Numbered from the stretch's first letter, positions 37,511 through 48,058 are shown. The stretch: DNA of 64,000 nucleotides from Candidatus Latescibacterota bacterium (GCA_965217865.1 CBDCJO010000002.1:1504001-1568000), one strand, 5' to 3'. A program made the numbers and translations. The notes: generated from the sequence alone by a model not told the origin.

Positions 37511-38731
37511 TCACCTGTCCCAACTCACGATAAAGTCCTCGACATTGAAATCAGCCGGCATTTGGTTGAAATGATAACGATTGGGCATGCCCTGGAACCC
37601 CGGAGATAAGTGCTCTTCGTCCGCCTGGAGTAGCGCATCGAGCTTCTCGAACCGTTCCCACAGGACATCCGCCTCTTTCATTGAGAAGCGATTCGCGAAC
37701 TCCGGACCCCAATTCATGGTGAGCGGATGTGGTTTCTGCGCCCTTCTGCGAAATTCATCGGGCACCCCTTCGAGGCCGGGATGCTTTTTTAGCTTGATCA
37801 TAAGGGCCGCCTTGCAGAGGTATACGGTTGAGAGCATCCTGCCCTTTTCTCCTCTACCCGGATGGAGGTTTTCCAGGCTCGCGAGGTAGGCTGCGGTGTC
37901 CTTTTCAATGCACGCTCTGAGCGCAAATTCGGTTTCGTTCTGCATCACTGTGCTCCGCTTTGCCCACCGTTCAAATTCTCCCCGAGCGTGGGGGGACAGG
38001 TGGTTTGAAAACTGCGGATCTTCGTAGAAAGTGAAATTTGAAAATCCTCCATGAATGATTCGCCGCATCTTGTTGCTATAGTTGCTGGCCCAGTGGAGGA
38101 TGGGCAGGATGTAAGCGACCCCGTCGCCGGCCTCAAGGTGCGTCTGGACGCCCCCTGGCAGCGGAACTCGTGGGTCGGCCTGCAACCGATCATTCTCATC
38201 GGGGGTGTTGAGCCTAAGGTGGCTGCCGGGCATCACCCAGAGTACGTCGTCAGCGTATAGGGATAGATTCCACTGTACGTATCGAGGGCCCGCCTCGATG
38301 ATGTCGTCCACGTAGCCCTGGAGGGGGGCAGTGTCTAAAGGATGGACGTCGCGGTGCCATCGGGCAGGGCCGTGGTTGCGAACCGGACTGCACATGAACA
38401 TCATAACCGTGACCCCCGCATCCTCGACTTCCATAAGCCGGTTGCTGACTCCCTGGGTGTTTTCGTGCAACCAGATTTCCACAGTGTTGGCCGTTTGCTC
38501 GTCGATTCGATCCGCCAGGGGGCTTTTGCTCAGGAATAATCGCGGCTGGGGAGAGGTCTCCCATACTCCGCCCGGGGGATCGTCCGGATTGCGATTTTTT
38601 GCCCAGATCGCTTTCTCATGTTCGACCAGGATTTCGTAACCGGCGCGCAGATCATCAAGTTGATCTTGAGGGATGACGCGGCGCAGGATGGCGTAACCCT
38701 CTTCGAGGAACCGGTCACTGTTTATCTCCAT
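37511..38731 (-). CDS. PhyH family protein with C-terminal helical extension
   Basis: FLEEGYAILRRVI, WHRDV, WVMPGSH, LEAGDGV, ILHWA; start set at MEINSD. Confidence 0.83.
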   Translation of the reverse strand: MEINSDRFLEEGYAILRRVIPQDQLDDLRAGYEILVEHEKAIWAKNRNPDDPPGGVWETSPQPRLFLSKSPLADRIDEQTANTVEIWLHENTQGVSNRLMEVEDAGVTVMMFMCSPVRNHGPARWHRDVHPLDTAPLQGYVDDIIEAGPRYVQWNLSLYADDVLWVMPGSHLRLNTPDENDRLQADPRVPLPGGVQTHLEAGDGVAYILPILHWASNYSNKMRRIIHGGFSNFTFYEDPQFSNHLSPHARGEFERWAKRSTVMQNETEFALRACIEKDTAAYLASLENLHPGRGEKGRMLSTVYLCKAALMIKLKKHPGLEGVPDEFRRRAQKPHPLTMNWGPEFANRFSMKEADVLWERFEKLDALLQADEEHLSPGFQGMPNRYHFNQMPADFNVEDFIVSWDR

Positions 38732-38781
38732 CGAGTTGTATCTCTTTGCTATGAGACTATGAACAATACGGGACGGATGTG

Positions 38782-40227
38782 TCAGCTGACCCAGAAGGAG
38801 AAAAGCTGTGTGTTCCTGAGCTTGAAGCGCAGGCGCAGGGGACGACCGGCGAGCGGAGATCTCCCCTCCGGCCAAGCCACTTTCGTGTCAACCGTGTCCC
38901 GGGAAAGCGGAAGACTGGTTTCCAGGATTCGTCCCCCTTCCGGCTCCAGAATCTCCACCACAAGCGTTCCCCATCGGGATTGGACGTTTACACGGATCGG
39001 ACCGTCCGGCAGGATCAAGGGAACGGTCGTGACCTCACCCCCGTCGAAGCTCGCGCCGAGAGACGCGAATCCGTCCAGGCGGAGCCTGGCGATACCCAGC
39101 CCGGACCAGAGGCCCTTTCCGAGGCCCTCACGGTCCTTTCCCCTCAGCGCGGCCCAGTCTCCCCGCATCTGCTTGTCGCTGACCAGGTCCTTGTATTTCC
39201 CCGATCGCTCTCTGTACTCGGTGTCCGGGAGACCTGTCTGTCGATATTCGGCGTGACGCCAGGTGCGGCCGCCGTAGTAGATCCACAGCTCGTCTCCGAC
39301 GGGAATCGGAACCGATGCCACGGTGTTGTTGAAACGGTCCCAGGTTCCGGCTTCTCCCAGCGGGATAAGGGGTTCGCCCCGGTGCCGCACCCATGTGATC
39401 CCGTCCCGGCTGTAGGCCAGGCGCACGTCGATCGTACCGACGTGTGGCCAGGATGTATGACGGCGCCAGAGACCGAGCCAGTGGGAGCCATAAGGAAAGG
39501 CGACCAGATGGTAGACCTCTGTGCCCGGAGGATCCTTCGTATCCACGTGCATCACGAGCTCAGGCTCGGACCAGTGGTTCAGGTCGTTAGAGACCGTGCG
39601 AGCGATCGCTCGGGCCAGATATCGATCGGGCAGGTCTTGCTCGACCACTTCCGGCGGCACGTGATAGCAGCGACAGTAGAAGACATAGCACGCTCGCTTC
39701 GAATCGAAGGTCAGGAAGGATGCATCGGGCGTGCGCCATTTCAGCCCGCCTTCGTCCGTGAAGCGGAACCGCTCCAGCCGCTCCCAGTGAAGCGCGTCCG
39801 GGGAAACGGCCGCCCGCCAGTACTTCTCCGTTGTTTTCCAGTCCTGAGCCATGTAGGTCATCTTGTAACGGCGGGCCGGGTCGGGATCGTGCTCGTCCCG
39901 GAACGGGAAGTCCGTCAAGGCCCGTTCGACTGCCGGATCGAAGAGCATGTTCGTCTTCTGGCCCTCCGGCGTCCTGACGATGTCCATCAACGGCCACTCC
40001 CAGTGGACGCCGTCAGCACTCTCACCGTATGAACCGGAGGAGATCATCCTGAACTTTTCCATGGCCTCGTCGAAGATGACCGGACAGGTATCCACATCCG
40101 TGACCGGGTTGCCTTCGAACTTGGCGGCCGTCAGGAAGGTGCGTGCCGCGTTGCGTTTGTCAGCGATCAAAAGATCGTCGACGAGCAGCTGCTTTTCGCC
40201 CTTTTCAAGCGTGAGACCTTCACTCAT
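38782..40227 (-). CDS. GH32/GH43-like beta-propeller protein
   Basis: KQLLVDD, ESADGVHWE, SPDALHW, YSRDGITW, GDELWIYYGG, LRLDGFAS, LRLRFKL. Confidence 0.82.
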   Translation of the reverse strand: MSEGLTLEKGEKQLLVDDLLIADKRNAARTFLTAAKFEGNPVTDVDTCPVIFDEAMEKFRMISSGSYGESADGVHWEWPLMDIVRTPEGQKTNMLFDPAVERALTDFPFRDEHDPDPARRYKMTYMAQDWKTTEKYWRAAVSPDALHWERLERFRFTDEGGLKWRTPDASFLTFDSKRACYVFYCRCYHVPPEVVEQDLPDRYLARAIARTVSNDLNHWSEPELVMHVDTKDPPGTEVYHLVAFPYGSHWLGLWRRHTSWPHVGTIDVRLAYSRDGITWVRHRGEPLIPLGEAGTWDRFNNTVASVPIPVGDELWIYYGGRTWRHAEYRQTGLPDTEYRERSGKYKDLVSDKQMRGDWAALRGKDREGLGKGLWSGLGIARLRLDGFASLGASFDGGEVTTVPLILPDGPIRVNVQSRWGTLVVEILEPEGGRILETSLPLSRDTVDTKVAWPEGRSPLAGRPLRLRFKLRNTQLFSFWVS

Positions 40228-40311
40228 GACCGGATTTCCATTAGATTCACAACCTCTGTCCCTCCTGTGGCGGATAGCCCATGGACTCGGATACGAACGG
40301 CACAGAAGGTT

Positions 40312-41112
40312 TCAGCCACGGGAGGTAAACGCAGAGGCAGTTTGGAGAAAATCATCCGCCGTCCCCTCCATGATCCCGATCAAACCCTCCTGGGATTCTG
40401 AGCCTCCACGGGGTATGGATCCGTAGTCCATGATCAGATCCAGACAAGGCCAGTGGTAGTTGCTCAACACGGCTATTATGCTTTCGCACACCATGCCCGC
40501 CACGATCGGCCGAGTTTCACACCAGCACGCGTGCGGCGTGGGCTCGTTACCGCCCCCAATTCGAAAGACCATTGGCGCCGTCACCTCGACAGGCACTTTC
40601 ACCCAGTTCTTGCCAGGGACAATATCCTTGCCTTTGAACGGGTAATAACCCTGCCTCGCGTCGACCCCATCGGGCCACAGCTCCCGAAGCTCGTGGATCT
40701 CTCCGTCCGCCTCTATGAAGGTCCTGTCACCCCGGAAAAGGCGGGGGGAGGGAAAATTGTGCACGCTGACAAAGGCCTCTTCCCAATCATCTTCTGACTC
40801 GTTGGAAAGGGTGAGGTCGAACCTCAACAGGCCTTCATCCCCCTCGCGGAACGTCCAGACGAGCGTCCCTGCACCGGGGTTGACGATCGTGGTCCTCACC
40901 GCACCCTCCTCCTCCTCCCATTCACAGGGTCGCTTCCGGCCCAGATCCGTTCCTTGATCCCTGGTTCCCGTGCCCTCCACCATGGCGTGCAGCTCCCACT
41001 GCATAAACGAGCCTTCCGGTTGACGGATGATTTCGAACTCGCAGTTCCCGCGGTGGACGAACTGCGTGTCCCCGAGGTGAAGCATATCAAAGGGCTGCTT
41101 ATAGGATTCCAT
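40312..41112 (-). CDS. hypothetical protein (266 aa)
   Basis: Co-oriented ORF with RBS GGAGG; beta-rich sequence; no family recognised. Confidence 0.72.
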   Translation of the reverse strand: MESYKQPFDMLHLGDTQFVHRGNCEFEIIRQPEGSFMQWELHAMVEGTGTRDQGTDLGRKRPCEWEEEEGAVRTTIVNPGAGTLVWTFREGDEGLLRFDLTLSNESEDDWEEAFVSVHNFPSPRLFRGDRTFIEADGEIHELRELWPDGVDARQGYYPFKGKDIVPGKNWVKVPVEVTAPMVFRIGGGNEPTPHACWCETRPIVAGMVCESIIAVLSNYHWPCLDLIMDYGSIPRGGSESQEGLIGIMEGTADDFLQTASAFTSRG

Positions 41113-41176
41113 TTATATGGCCTCCGAGAGAAGAAAGAAATGGGTCCAGGCTTCGGGGGTGACTTTCCGGGCAGGT

Positions 41177-43039
41177 TCATCCAATCCCGGAAGGGCGCCC
41201 GCTCCGAAGCGGGTTCTTTACCGAGAACGGTGTGGATGAGACGCCCTTGACATCCATCCACGTCCGGTAGGGATTGCCCGCTGCTCCGGCACTGCCGAAG
41301 TCACACATCCGGACCTTCCGACCGTCATTGGCGGTATACTCCCACATCATCCACGGGGGCAGCCAGCCCTTTTTCCGGCTTACGCGGCCTTTCATCCGTC
41401 GGGCGTCCAGGGCCGGAAGTTCCTCCGGATCCATTTCGTTGAATCGCGGATCGAAGGCGAGCAGGATCGGCCCCCTGAAAATCGAGCACTTACCTTCGAA
41501 ATCCGCTTCACCCTTCCAGAAGTGAAGGGACATGTCCAGCCGCAGGCTCACAAGGTCCCCCCGCACCCACCTGCGGTCGATCTCCAGATATCGACCCGGA
41601 TCGGGTTTTGCATAGGATTTCCCGTTCAGAGAAACTTTCGTCCTGGCAGACCAGTGGGGAATTCGCAACTTCAGGCGGAAGCGCTCGCCTCTCCTGGGCG
41701 ACACGTGAACAAGAATCCTCCCGCTCCCGGGGTAGTCCGTCATCTGTTCCAACAGCACCCGATTCCCCGAACTGAGAGATGCCGTTGCCCGTCCAGGGCC
41801 GTAGTAGTTCAGAATCAGACCTTCTCCGTCTGACATGACCGCCCAGTCACCGATCGTTCCCAGGGCGCGCGGGCCATTGACCGAGCAGCAGTTCAGCTCC
41901 GGCTGTCCCGCACGCGCCTGGAACACGATGTCGTGGGCGCTCGCCTTGCGGCACCCCTCCATCGGCGTGTTGTACGTTACCCACCGGCCCGAAGGGGACA
42001 TCATGCCGATTCCGGAGTTCAGGGTGCTCAGCTCAAGCTCGTCCGCCACAACAGAGTTCCCGGTCATCCTCAACATGTCCACCGACAGGGCCATCCACGC
42101 GATCGTACAGCAGCTCTCGATGGCCCCCTGGTGATACGGGTCCCCCTGGGCCTTTTCGCCCGAACTGAAGCCGCCCGTGTTGTGCCTGTCCGTCCTGAGG
42201 ATGCTCCACCAGATTTGCTCAAAGGCCCGCCGGTAACGCTCATCACCTGTAATAAAGTAGAGCTCGGCTATACCCTGTATGGGATGCAGGCTTTCCCATC
42301 GCGGCTTTGGAGTCTGGTAGAAGTCGACGCCCTTCAGGGCGGTGCGAATATAATCCCCCGCGAGTGGGCTCTCGAAGTCCTTTTCGATTTCGCGCGCCAT
42401 CTTCAGATAGCGAGGCTCCCCGACCTGTTCATAGAGCAGGCAGAGAGAGTGAATGGGGGCAAGGTTCATCTCCTCGCTGCCGATCTCCACCAGTCTCCTC
42501 CCGGTTTTCAGGAAAGTGGAGCAGATCAAATCCCCTATTCGCTTGACGCACAAAAGCGCCTTTCGGTCGCGCGTCAACCGGTGCCAGAGCAGCAACCCCA
42601 GCATAATATGATAATGGCCCCACGCGTCCCATGTCGGATGGAGCTCACCATCGGCCTTGCCGGTATTCGGAGCTCTGCCCGTCAGACGGCAGTCCTTTGG
42701 CCAGGGGCCGAGGTACCCGTCCCCATCCTGCAGGGATACCAGCTCATTTACAAACCATCGTAGATGATCCTCGAGCGCTGAATCGCCTGTCAGCCGACAG
42801 ATCTGCACAGCGTGAGTCAGGTATTTGCCCGCAAATTCACCCGCCCAGGGAACCATGTTCCTCGGGGGCTTGCGATTTCTGTCGCGAAACATCTCCAGCA
42901 TTGCAGGATTTGAACCGGGGACGACCAGCAGCCACTGTTGTGTCAACGCCTTCAGGCGTTCCCGGACTAGACCCCCAAGCTCGTACTTGACGACCGGAGC
43001 CGGTTCGAGCGCGGGCTCGGCCTTTCTATCCACCGTCAT
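41177..43039 (-). CDS. GH127 beta-L-arabinofuranosidase-like protein
   Basis: GEFAGKYL, DGYLGP, WESLH, TGGFSSGE, ESCCTIAW, NCCSVNG (Glu/Cys Zn site), LRIPHWS, RGPILLA. Confidence 0.88.
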   Translation of the reverse strand: MTVDRKAEPALEPAPVVKYELGGLVRERLKALTQQWLLVVPGSNPAMLEMFRDRNRKPPRNMVPWAGEFAGKYLTHAVQICRLTGDSALEDHLRWFVNELVSLQDGDGYLGPWPKDCRLTGRAPNTGKADGELHPTWDAWGHYHIMLGLLLWHRLTRDRKALLCVKRIGDLICSTFLKTGRRLVEIGSEEMNLAPIHSLCLLYEQVGEPRYLKMAREIEKDFESPLAGDYIRTALKGVDFYQTPKPRWESLHPIQGIAELYFITGDERYRRAFEQIWWSILRTDRHNTGGFSSGEKAQGDPYHQGAIESCCTIAWMALSVDMLRMTGNSVVADELELSTLNSGIGMMSPSGRWVTYNTPMEGCRKASAHDIVFQARAGQPELNCCSVNGPRALGTIGDWAVMSDGEGLILNYYGPGRATASLSSGNRVLLEQMTDYPGSGRILVHVSPRRGERFRLKLRIPHWSARTKVSLNGKSYAKPDPGRYLEIDRRWVRGDLVSLRLDMSLHFWKGEADFEGKCSIFRGPILLAFDPRFNEMDPEELPALDARRMKGRVSRKKGWLPPWMMWEYTANDGRKVRMCDFGSAGAAGNPYRTWMDVKGVSSTPFSVKNPLRSGRPSGIG

Positions 43040-43070
43040 AGCATTACCTTAAGCCATATGGGTCACCGAA

Positions 43071-46043
43071 TCAAAGTGCTCTGCCCAGGTACAGGCAACG
43101 ACAGTCATCGCCCGCGGGATAGACCACCTCCATCCCTCCGGGGACAGACGTGGTCTGGACCTTTATCGGACTGCTCTCCGAATCCAGGCCTTGCCATCCC
43201 GGCGTTTCCGCACCAGATGCTCCAATTCGATTCAGCAACTCGCTGCTGAGGAAAATCCTCAGTGGTTCCGTAAGCGATTTCCGGTCCGCTTCAACGGCTT
43301 GAAGATAAGCGGCTCCGCCCCCGCTTCGCCACAAGCCCAGGGCGGCCGGGCGCTCCAGCCGGATATAGTCGCTTCCCTCCCACTGCACCAGGTCCGTTTC
43401 TCCCAGCAGGTTGCCGAACGAATCGGCAAGGACCGCATTTCCACGGGTCACTCGTGCACTGAATCCGTCTTTCTCCATGACGAGATCCTCTTTGGAGAGA
43501 TTGGCAAAGTGCACGCTGAGCGCCTCGTCGCTTCTCAGGGTCAGGGTCAGGGTCGTCGGGGGAGGGGATTGAGGGCGGACCGCATCCAGGGGAAACTCCG
43601 TCCTGCCGTTCCTGTAGTGGTCCGGGAACGCCCGCTTGACCCCGGCGGCAAAGTAGGTTGCCACCTGATGCCTGATGCCGGTGAAAGGCGCGAGGGAGAA
43701 TCTGGGGAAGGCCAGGCCCAGTACGTGGCCAAAAACATTGTCTCTTTTTTTATCGGCGCTGAGCTGGCTCGACAGGACATAGTTGAAATAGATCCGGCTG
43801 CCCGGGAAATCATAGGCGTGCTGGCCCAGGATCATGCGTTTGATATCTTCGAACTGGTTGTCCTTCCTGCCAGGGTTGACGCCATCGAAGTTGTGGCCCT
43901 GCGCGAAGGTGTGCTGCAGGAGGTTGCCGACCTCCGTGCCCACATACATCTCCGGATATCCGGCCTTCCGGGCGACGTCCCGCATTCGCTCCCCCCTTTG
44001 GTGCGCGAGCCGGAGGTGCTGGGAGAGGCCGTGCCCGTGTTCCCTCCCGAAGCATGATCCCGGACCCCCGCACAACTCGTCGTAGTAAACGCCGAAGGGA
44101 CCCCAAGCGAGCAGCTTCTGGAGACACGCGTCCAGCATCTGGTTGTGCGGCTCACAGACGGGGCAAAGTTCATCCGCGCGGTGCATCCCCGTGTACCATC
44201 GGGGCCGGGGTTTTCGGTCCTGGTTCTGGGCCAGGACATCGGGAATCAGGTGATTGGCGTTTCGGGAATAGTCGTAGTTTCGAATCCCGTATGCAGCCAC
44301 ATAGACCGTCAGCGCGACATCGTATCGCCGCATCAGTTCACCGAGCCTGCGAGCCAGGGCCTCCTCCTCTATCCGCACCGGGGAACCGTTCTTCACCTCA
44401 AAGAAGATATTGGGCTTGTTGTAGGCTTGCATGCGGGGGATGTAGGAGGTGGGAAGCAGACCCATCCTCACCTGCAGGGGATAGTGCTCCGGATCAAAAA
44501 CGTGTTCGCCCCGCTTCTCGGGTCGGTCACTCACAAGCGACAGGCGTTCGTAGGATTCCCCTCCCTTTTCCCTGTAAAGAAAGAACGCCTCTACCCGGCC
44601 CTCATCCGGAGGGATTTCCCTCGTTACGCGGAACCGTACCTCGAATATCGGATAATGATCCTCCAGACCCCCCAGGTCCGCCTGAAGGGAATCTGCGGAA
44701 ACCCCTAGGGTCACGCGGATTTCCCCGTCGGACTGATCCACCTGGACGGATTCCAGGGGCACCTCCGGGGCGGGCGCGGACAACCGTTTGAAGGGAACGA
44801 GGGCCACTCCCTCGAACCGAAAGGCGCGGCTCGTCACGCTTGCCTCGAAACCCAGGTCGTGAGGCGCATCCCCCGGACGTACCGAACAGCTGATCGTGAA
44901 CCGGTCGCCTGTCCGGTGAAGCAGGGGGACATTCAATTGTACGGATCCGGCCGGCGTTTCCACAGAGTGGAAGTACTGGTTCTTGTTGGTGACGATCGCA
45001 CTGAAACCCGGCCGTTCGTGGACCAGAATCGGATGGATCTGGTTGTCCAGGGGATCCCGTCGAAGGGCGGCGTAGTGCGCTTCCAGATCGGTCAGGTTCC
45101 CGTCCCAACCCTTTGCGTAGGCCTCGACCAGGTTCGGTCCGTAGAGATTCTCCGTGGCGAACCAGGGCTCCAGCTCTTCGGCGGGCTGTGTGTATTCGTT
45201 GAGTCGGGGCGCGTAGCGTTCCCGCCAGATGCGTGCAGAGGTGACGAGGGGATCGTCTTCTTCCTCGAGGAAATAGTAATCCTGCCAGGGCGTTTCGTAT
45301 GTCGCTCCACGATCGGTGGGTTCAAACCAGCCCAGGACGGCGACCTGTGCGGGGCCCATCTGATCCGTGTCGGGATTGATGTTGCGCTCGATGTAGTCCA
45401 CGGGATCCTCAGCCGCCATCACGGCCCGCCGCTCATCGGGCCAGGAAAGGACCGTGTACTCGGCCATCCCCATCGTGTGAACGCTGCTGGGCCTGTAGTT
45501 CTCTTCCGTTCCGGGCCCGTCTGCGTCGAACATGCAGGGCGTGACCCAGGCACGGTAATCCCCTCTCCCGGCAGTTCCGCAGTGCCAACCCATGTGGGTG
45601 CTGAGTTCGTAGCTCCGGCCCTCTTCGAGGTCGCCCCACCGGGTAAGGGCCAGAAGACGGACGAATTCCGGTGCCGTGAATTCCACTGATTCGATTCCGA
45701 GCAGGACCCGCCGTGACACCATCAGACACGAGCCCACCTCCGGGACCTCCGCCTCTTCCCACTTCACCTCCTGGGTCAGGGACAGGCCTTGACAGCGCCC
45801 GGTAAGCCTGATCAGCCTATCGGCTTCGCTCACCGTCGGCTCTTCGGCCTCGAAGTCCTCCTCGAAAAGATCGTTTTGCTTCCGCTTCTCCCCGCGGCCG
45901 GTCATCACCTGAACCCGAACGGGAAGCCCACCCTCGCCTCTGTCCTTTCGAAAGTAACGGTGCGCCGCTCCCGGTTTTTCGAGATTCAGATGAAGCCCGT
46001 CCGCTTGCAATTCGAAACCGCATGGGAGATCGATGGTCAGCAT
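43071..46043 (-). CDS. large (~990 aa) hypothetical protein with DUF6259-like TIM-barrel motifs
   Basis: LCPVCEPH, GVYYDELCGG..CFGREHGH, YVGTE; start moved to MLTID because the upstream extension is 7-mer repeat. Confidence 0.65.
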   Translation of the reverse strand: MLTIDLPCGFELQADGLHLNLEKPGAAHRYFRKDRGEGGLPVRVQVMTGRGEKRKQNDLFEEDFEAEEPTVSEADRLIRLTGRCQGLSLTQEVKWEEAEVPEVGSCLMVSRRVLLGIESVEFTAPEFVRLLALTRWGDLEEGRSYELSTHMGWHCGTAGRGDYRAWVTPCMFDADGPGTEENYRPSSVHTMGMAEYTVLSWPDERRAVMAAEDPVDYIERNINPDTDQMGPAQVAVLGWFEPTDRGATYETPWQDYYFLEEEDDPLVTSARIWRERYAPRLNEYTQPAEELEPWFATENLYGPNLVEAYAKGWDGNLTDLEAHYAALRRDPLDNQIHPILVHERPGFSAIVTNKNQYFHSVETPAGSVQLNVPLLHRTGDRFTISCSVRPGDAPHDLGFEASVTSRAFRFEGVALVPFKRLSAPAPEVPLESVQVDQSDGEIRVTLGVSADSLQADLGGLEDHYPIFEVRFRVTREIPPDEGRVEAFFLYREKGGESYERLSLVSDRPEKRGEHVFDPEHYPLQVRMGLLPTSYIPRMQAYNKPNIFFEVKNGSPVRIEEEALARRLGELMRRYDVALTVYVAAYGIRNYDYSRNANHLIPDVLAQNQDRKPRPRWYTGMHRADELCPVCEPHNQMLDACLQKLLAWGPFGVYYDELCGGPGSCFGREHGHGLSQHLRLAHQRGERMRDVARKAGYPEMYVGTEVGNLLQHTFAQGHNFDGVNPGRKDNQFEDIKRMILGQHAYDFPGSRIYFNYVLSSQLSADKKRDNVFGHVLGLAFPRFSLAPFTGIRHQVATYFAAGVKRAFPDHYRNGRTEFPLDAVRPQSPPPTTLTLTLRSDEALSVHFANLSKEDLVMEKDGFSARVTRGNAVLADSFGNLLGETDLVQWEGSDYIRLERPAALGLWRSGGGAAYLQAVEADRKSLTEPLRIFLSSELLNRIGASGAETPGWQGLDSESSPIKVQTTSVPGGMEVVYPAGDDCRCLYLGRAL

Positions 46044-46058
46044 GATCAAATCCTCATG

Positions 46059-46099
46059 GAAGTGAAAAATGCAAAATGAAAAATGGAAAGTGCAAAATG
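46059..46099. repeat. degenerate 7-mer array (GAAAATG type)
   Basis: GAAGTG AAAAATG CAAAATG AAAAATG GAAAGTG CAAAATG. Confidence 0.8.
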
Positions 46100-46118
46100 A
46101 GACGGTCACAAGACCCGC

Positions 46119-46886
46119 TTAACCAGCCGTCCTTCGGACTCTTCGCAGCAGGTGCTTCTCCCGCGGTGACAGTGTGCTGTAGAACGACTCTTTCAGCGTT
46201 GGGGTATCTTCGTTGGCCTCAAGGGGTTGCTCGTCACCTTCGGTGAAGTACCAGTGGCGGTTGTGCACGATAACCGCAAAGGGGCGGGGCGCATCCGTAT
46301 GGTTGGGGGTGCCGCGGTGGACAGCACGCGCGTCGGAGATCAAGACGTCTCCGGCCTCGAGCAGCAACGGCTCGAAAGGGAGCCGCCCCGACTCGGCTTT
46401 CTCCAGGGTATCCGCCCGGGGCAAGTGCTGGGAGCGCTCGGCCACCTCGAAGGGGCCGTTCTCCATCGTCATATCGCCAAACGTGAATCGCACAGACAAC
46501 GTTGTCGGTGGGTGATGATGGTCCGGGTCCTCGGGGAATATCAGGGGGATGTCGGCGTGAACCTTCTGATACTGCGAGCCCTTAATCGGTGTGTCCGTGC
46601 CGTAGTAGCAGACGTGCATGTCCTCTCCGAGGATGCGGCCGGTGACCTGTATCACGGTGTCGTCGTTGAAGAAAGCAGAGCGATAGAAAGGGGGTGCGAA
46701 CGGAAGACCGATGGCCCAGCGCTTCGGGCCGCGGTTGCCTTCGGGGATGCGGGCGGAGACCTTCTCCAGCAACGGCAGAAATGCCTTTCGGCATTCCTCA
46801 ATTTCTCGCAGCGGGAAGTGGCCCCGCAGGATGCAGTGTCCGACGTCCAGGATTTCCTCCACGCATTTGTCAACATCGATTTTCAT
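46119..46886 (-). CDS. PhyH family protein (tandem copy 1)
   Basis: QKVHADI (HxD), ENGPFE, LEAGDVLI, AVHRGTPN; RBS GGAGG. Confidence 0.88.
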   Translation of the reverse strand: MKIDVDKCVEEILDVGHCILRGHFPLREIEECRKAFLPLLEKVSARIPEGNRGPKRWAIGLPFAPPFYRSAFFNDDTVIQVTGRILGEDMHVCYYGTDTPIKGSQYQKVHADIPLIFPEDPDHHHPPTTLSVRFTFGDMTMENGPFEVAERSQHLPRADTLEKAESGRLPFEPLLLEAGDVLISDARAVHRGTPNHTDAPRPFAVIVHNRHWYFTEGDEQPLEANEDTPTLKESFYSTLSPREKHLLRRVRRTAG

Positions 46887-46904
46887 CGTGTTCCTCCGTC
46901 GGAA

Positions 46905-47104
46905 AGCCAGGGATCGGAAGGCCCGGGGATCGTGGTTCGTGACTCGTGGATCGGAAAACCCGGGGATCGTGGTTCGTGACTCGGGGATCGAAAAACCCGT
47001 GGATCGTGATTCGAGACTCGGAGATCGGAAAGGCTATAGAGGTCGGAGGTCAAGAAAATGCAAGGTGAAAAGTGCAAAATGGAACAAAATGGAAAAGCAA
47101 AATG
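46905..47104. repeat. composite 7-mer arrays (TCGTGAT, GGTCAGA, CAAAATG types)
   Basis: TCGTGGT TCGTGAC TCGTGGA TCGGAAA repeated; GCAAGGT GAAAAGT GCAAAAT; related arrays at 47918..47960 and 61421..61477. Confidence 0.8.
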
Positions 47105-47126
47105 AACGTCGCTCCACAAGACCCGC

Positions 47127-47894
47127 TTAACCAGCCGTCCTTCGAACTCTTCGCAGCAGGTGCTTCTCCCGCGGGGAGAGTGTCTGGTAAAACGACTCTT
47201 TCAGCGTCGGAGTATCTTCGTTGGCCTCCAGGGGTTGCTCGTCTCCTTCGGTGAAGAACCAGTGGCGATTGTGCACAATAACCGCAAAGGGGCGGGGCGC
47301 ATCCGTGTGGTTTGGGGTCCCGCGGTGGACAGCACGCGCATCGGAGATGATGACGTCTCCGGCCTCGAGCAGCAACGGCGTGAACGGGATCCGCCCTGAT
47401 TCGGCTTTCTCCAGGGTATCCACCCGGGGCAAGTGCTGGGAGCGCTCGGCCACCTCGAAGGGGCCGTTCTCCATCGTCATATCGCCAAACGTGAATCGGA
47501 CGGACAACGTTGTCGGTGGGTGATGGTGGTCCGGGTCCTCGGGGAATAACAAAGGAATGTCTGCGTGAACCTTCTGATACTGCGAGCCCTTAATCGGTGT
47601 GTCCGAGCCGTAGTAGCAGATATGCATGTCCTCTCCCAGGATGCGGCCGGTGATCTGAATCACGGTGTCGTCGTTGAAGAAAGCAGAGCGATAGAAAGGG
47701 GGTGCGAACGGAAGACCGATGGCCCAGCGCTTCGGGCCGCGGTTGCCTTCGGGGATGCGGGCGGAGACCTCCTCCAGCAAGGGCAGAAATGCCTGGCGGC
47801 ATTCATCAATTTCCGCCCGGGGGAAGTGGCCCCGCAGGATGCAGTGTCCGATGTCCAGGATTTCCTCCACGCATTTTTCGATATCGATTTTCAT
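47127..47894 (-). CDS. PhyH family protein (tandem copy 2)
   Basis: 255 aa, about 18 substitutions versus 46119..46886 by manual count; offset 1008 bp. Confidence 0.88.
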   Translation of the reverse strand: MKIDIEKCVEEILDIGHCILRGHFPRAEIDECRQAFLPLLEEVSARIPEGNRGPKRWAIGLPFAPPFYRSAFFNDDTVIQITGRILGEDMHICYYGSDTPIKGSQYQKVHADIPLLFPEDPDHHHPPTTLSVRFTFGDMTMENGPFEVAERSQHLPRVDTLEKAESGRIPFTPLLLEAGDVIISDARAVHRGTPNHTDAPRPFAVIVHNRHWFFTEGDEQPLEANEDTPTLKESFYQTLSPREKHLLRRVRRTAG

Positions 47895-47967
47895 CGCGTT
47901 CCTCCGTCGGAAAAGCCGTCGATCGTGGATCGTGATTCGGGGATCGGAAAGGCCGTGGATCTGAAAG

Positions 47968-48058
47968 CAGAATACAGAAGTCAGGAGTTAGAATTCAGAA
48001 TGAAAGGCAAATGGTTTTGATCTTCTTCTGAATCCTGACTCCTATATTCTGTATTCCG
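47968..48058. repeat. inverted pair of 7-mer arrays (CAGAATA/CAGGAGT type)
   Basis: CAGAATA CAGAAGT CAGGAGT TAGAATT CAGAA ... TTCTG AATCCTG ACTCCTA TATTCTG TATTC; more arrays at 48157..48243. Confidence 0.7.
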
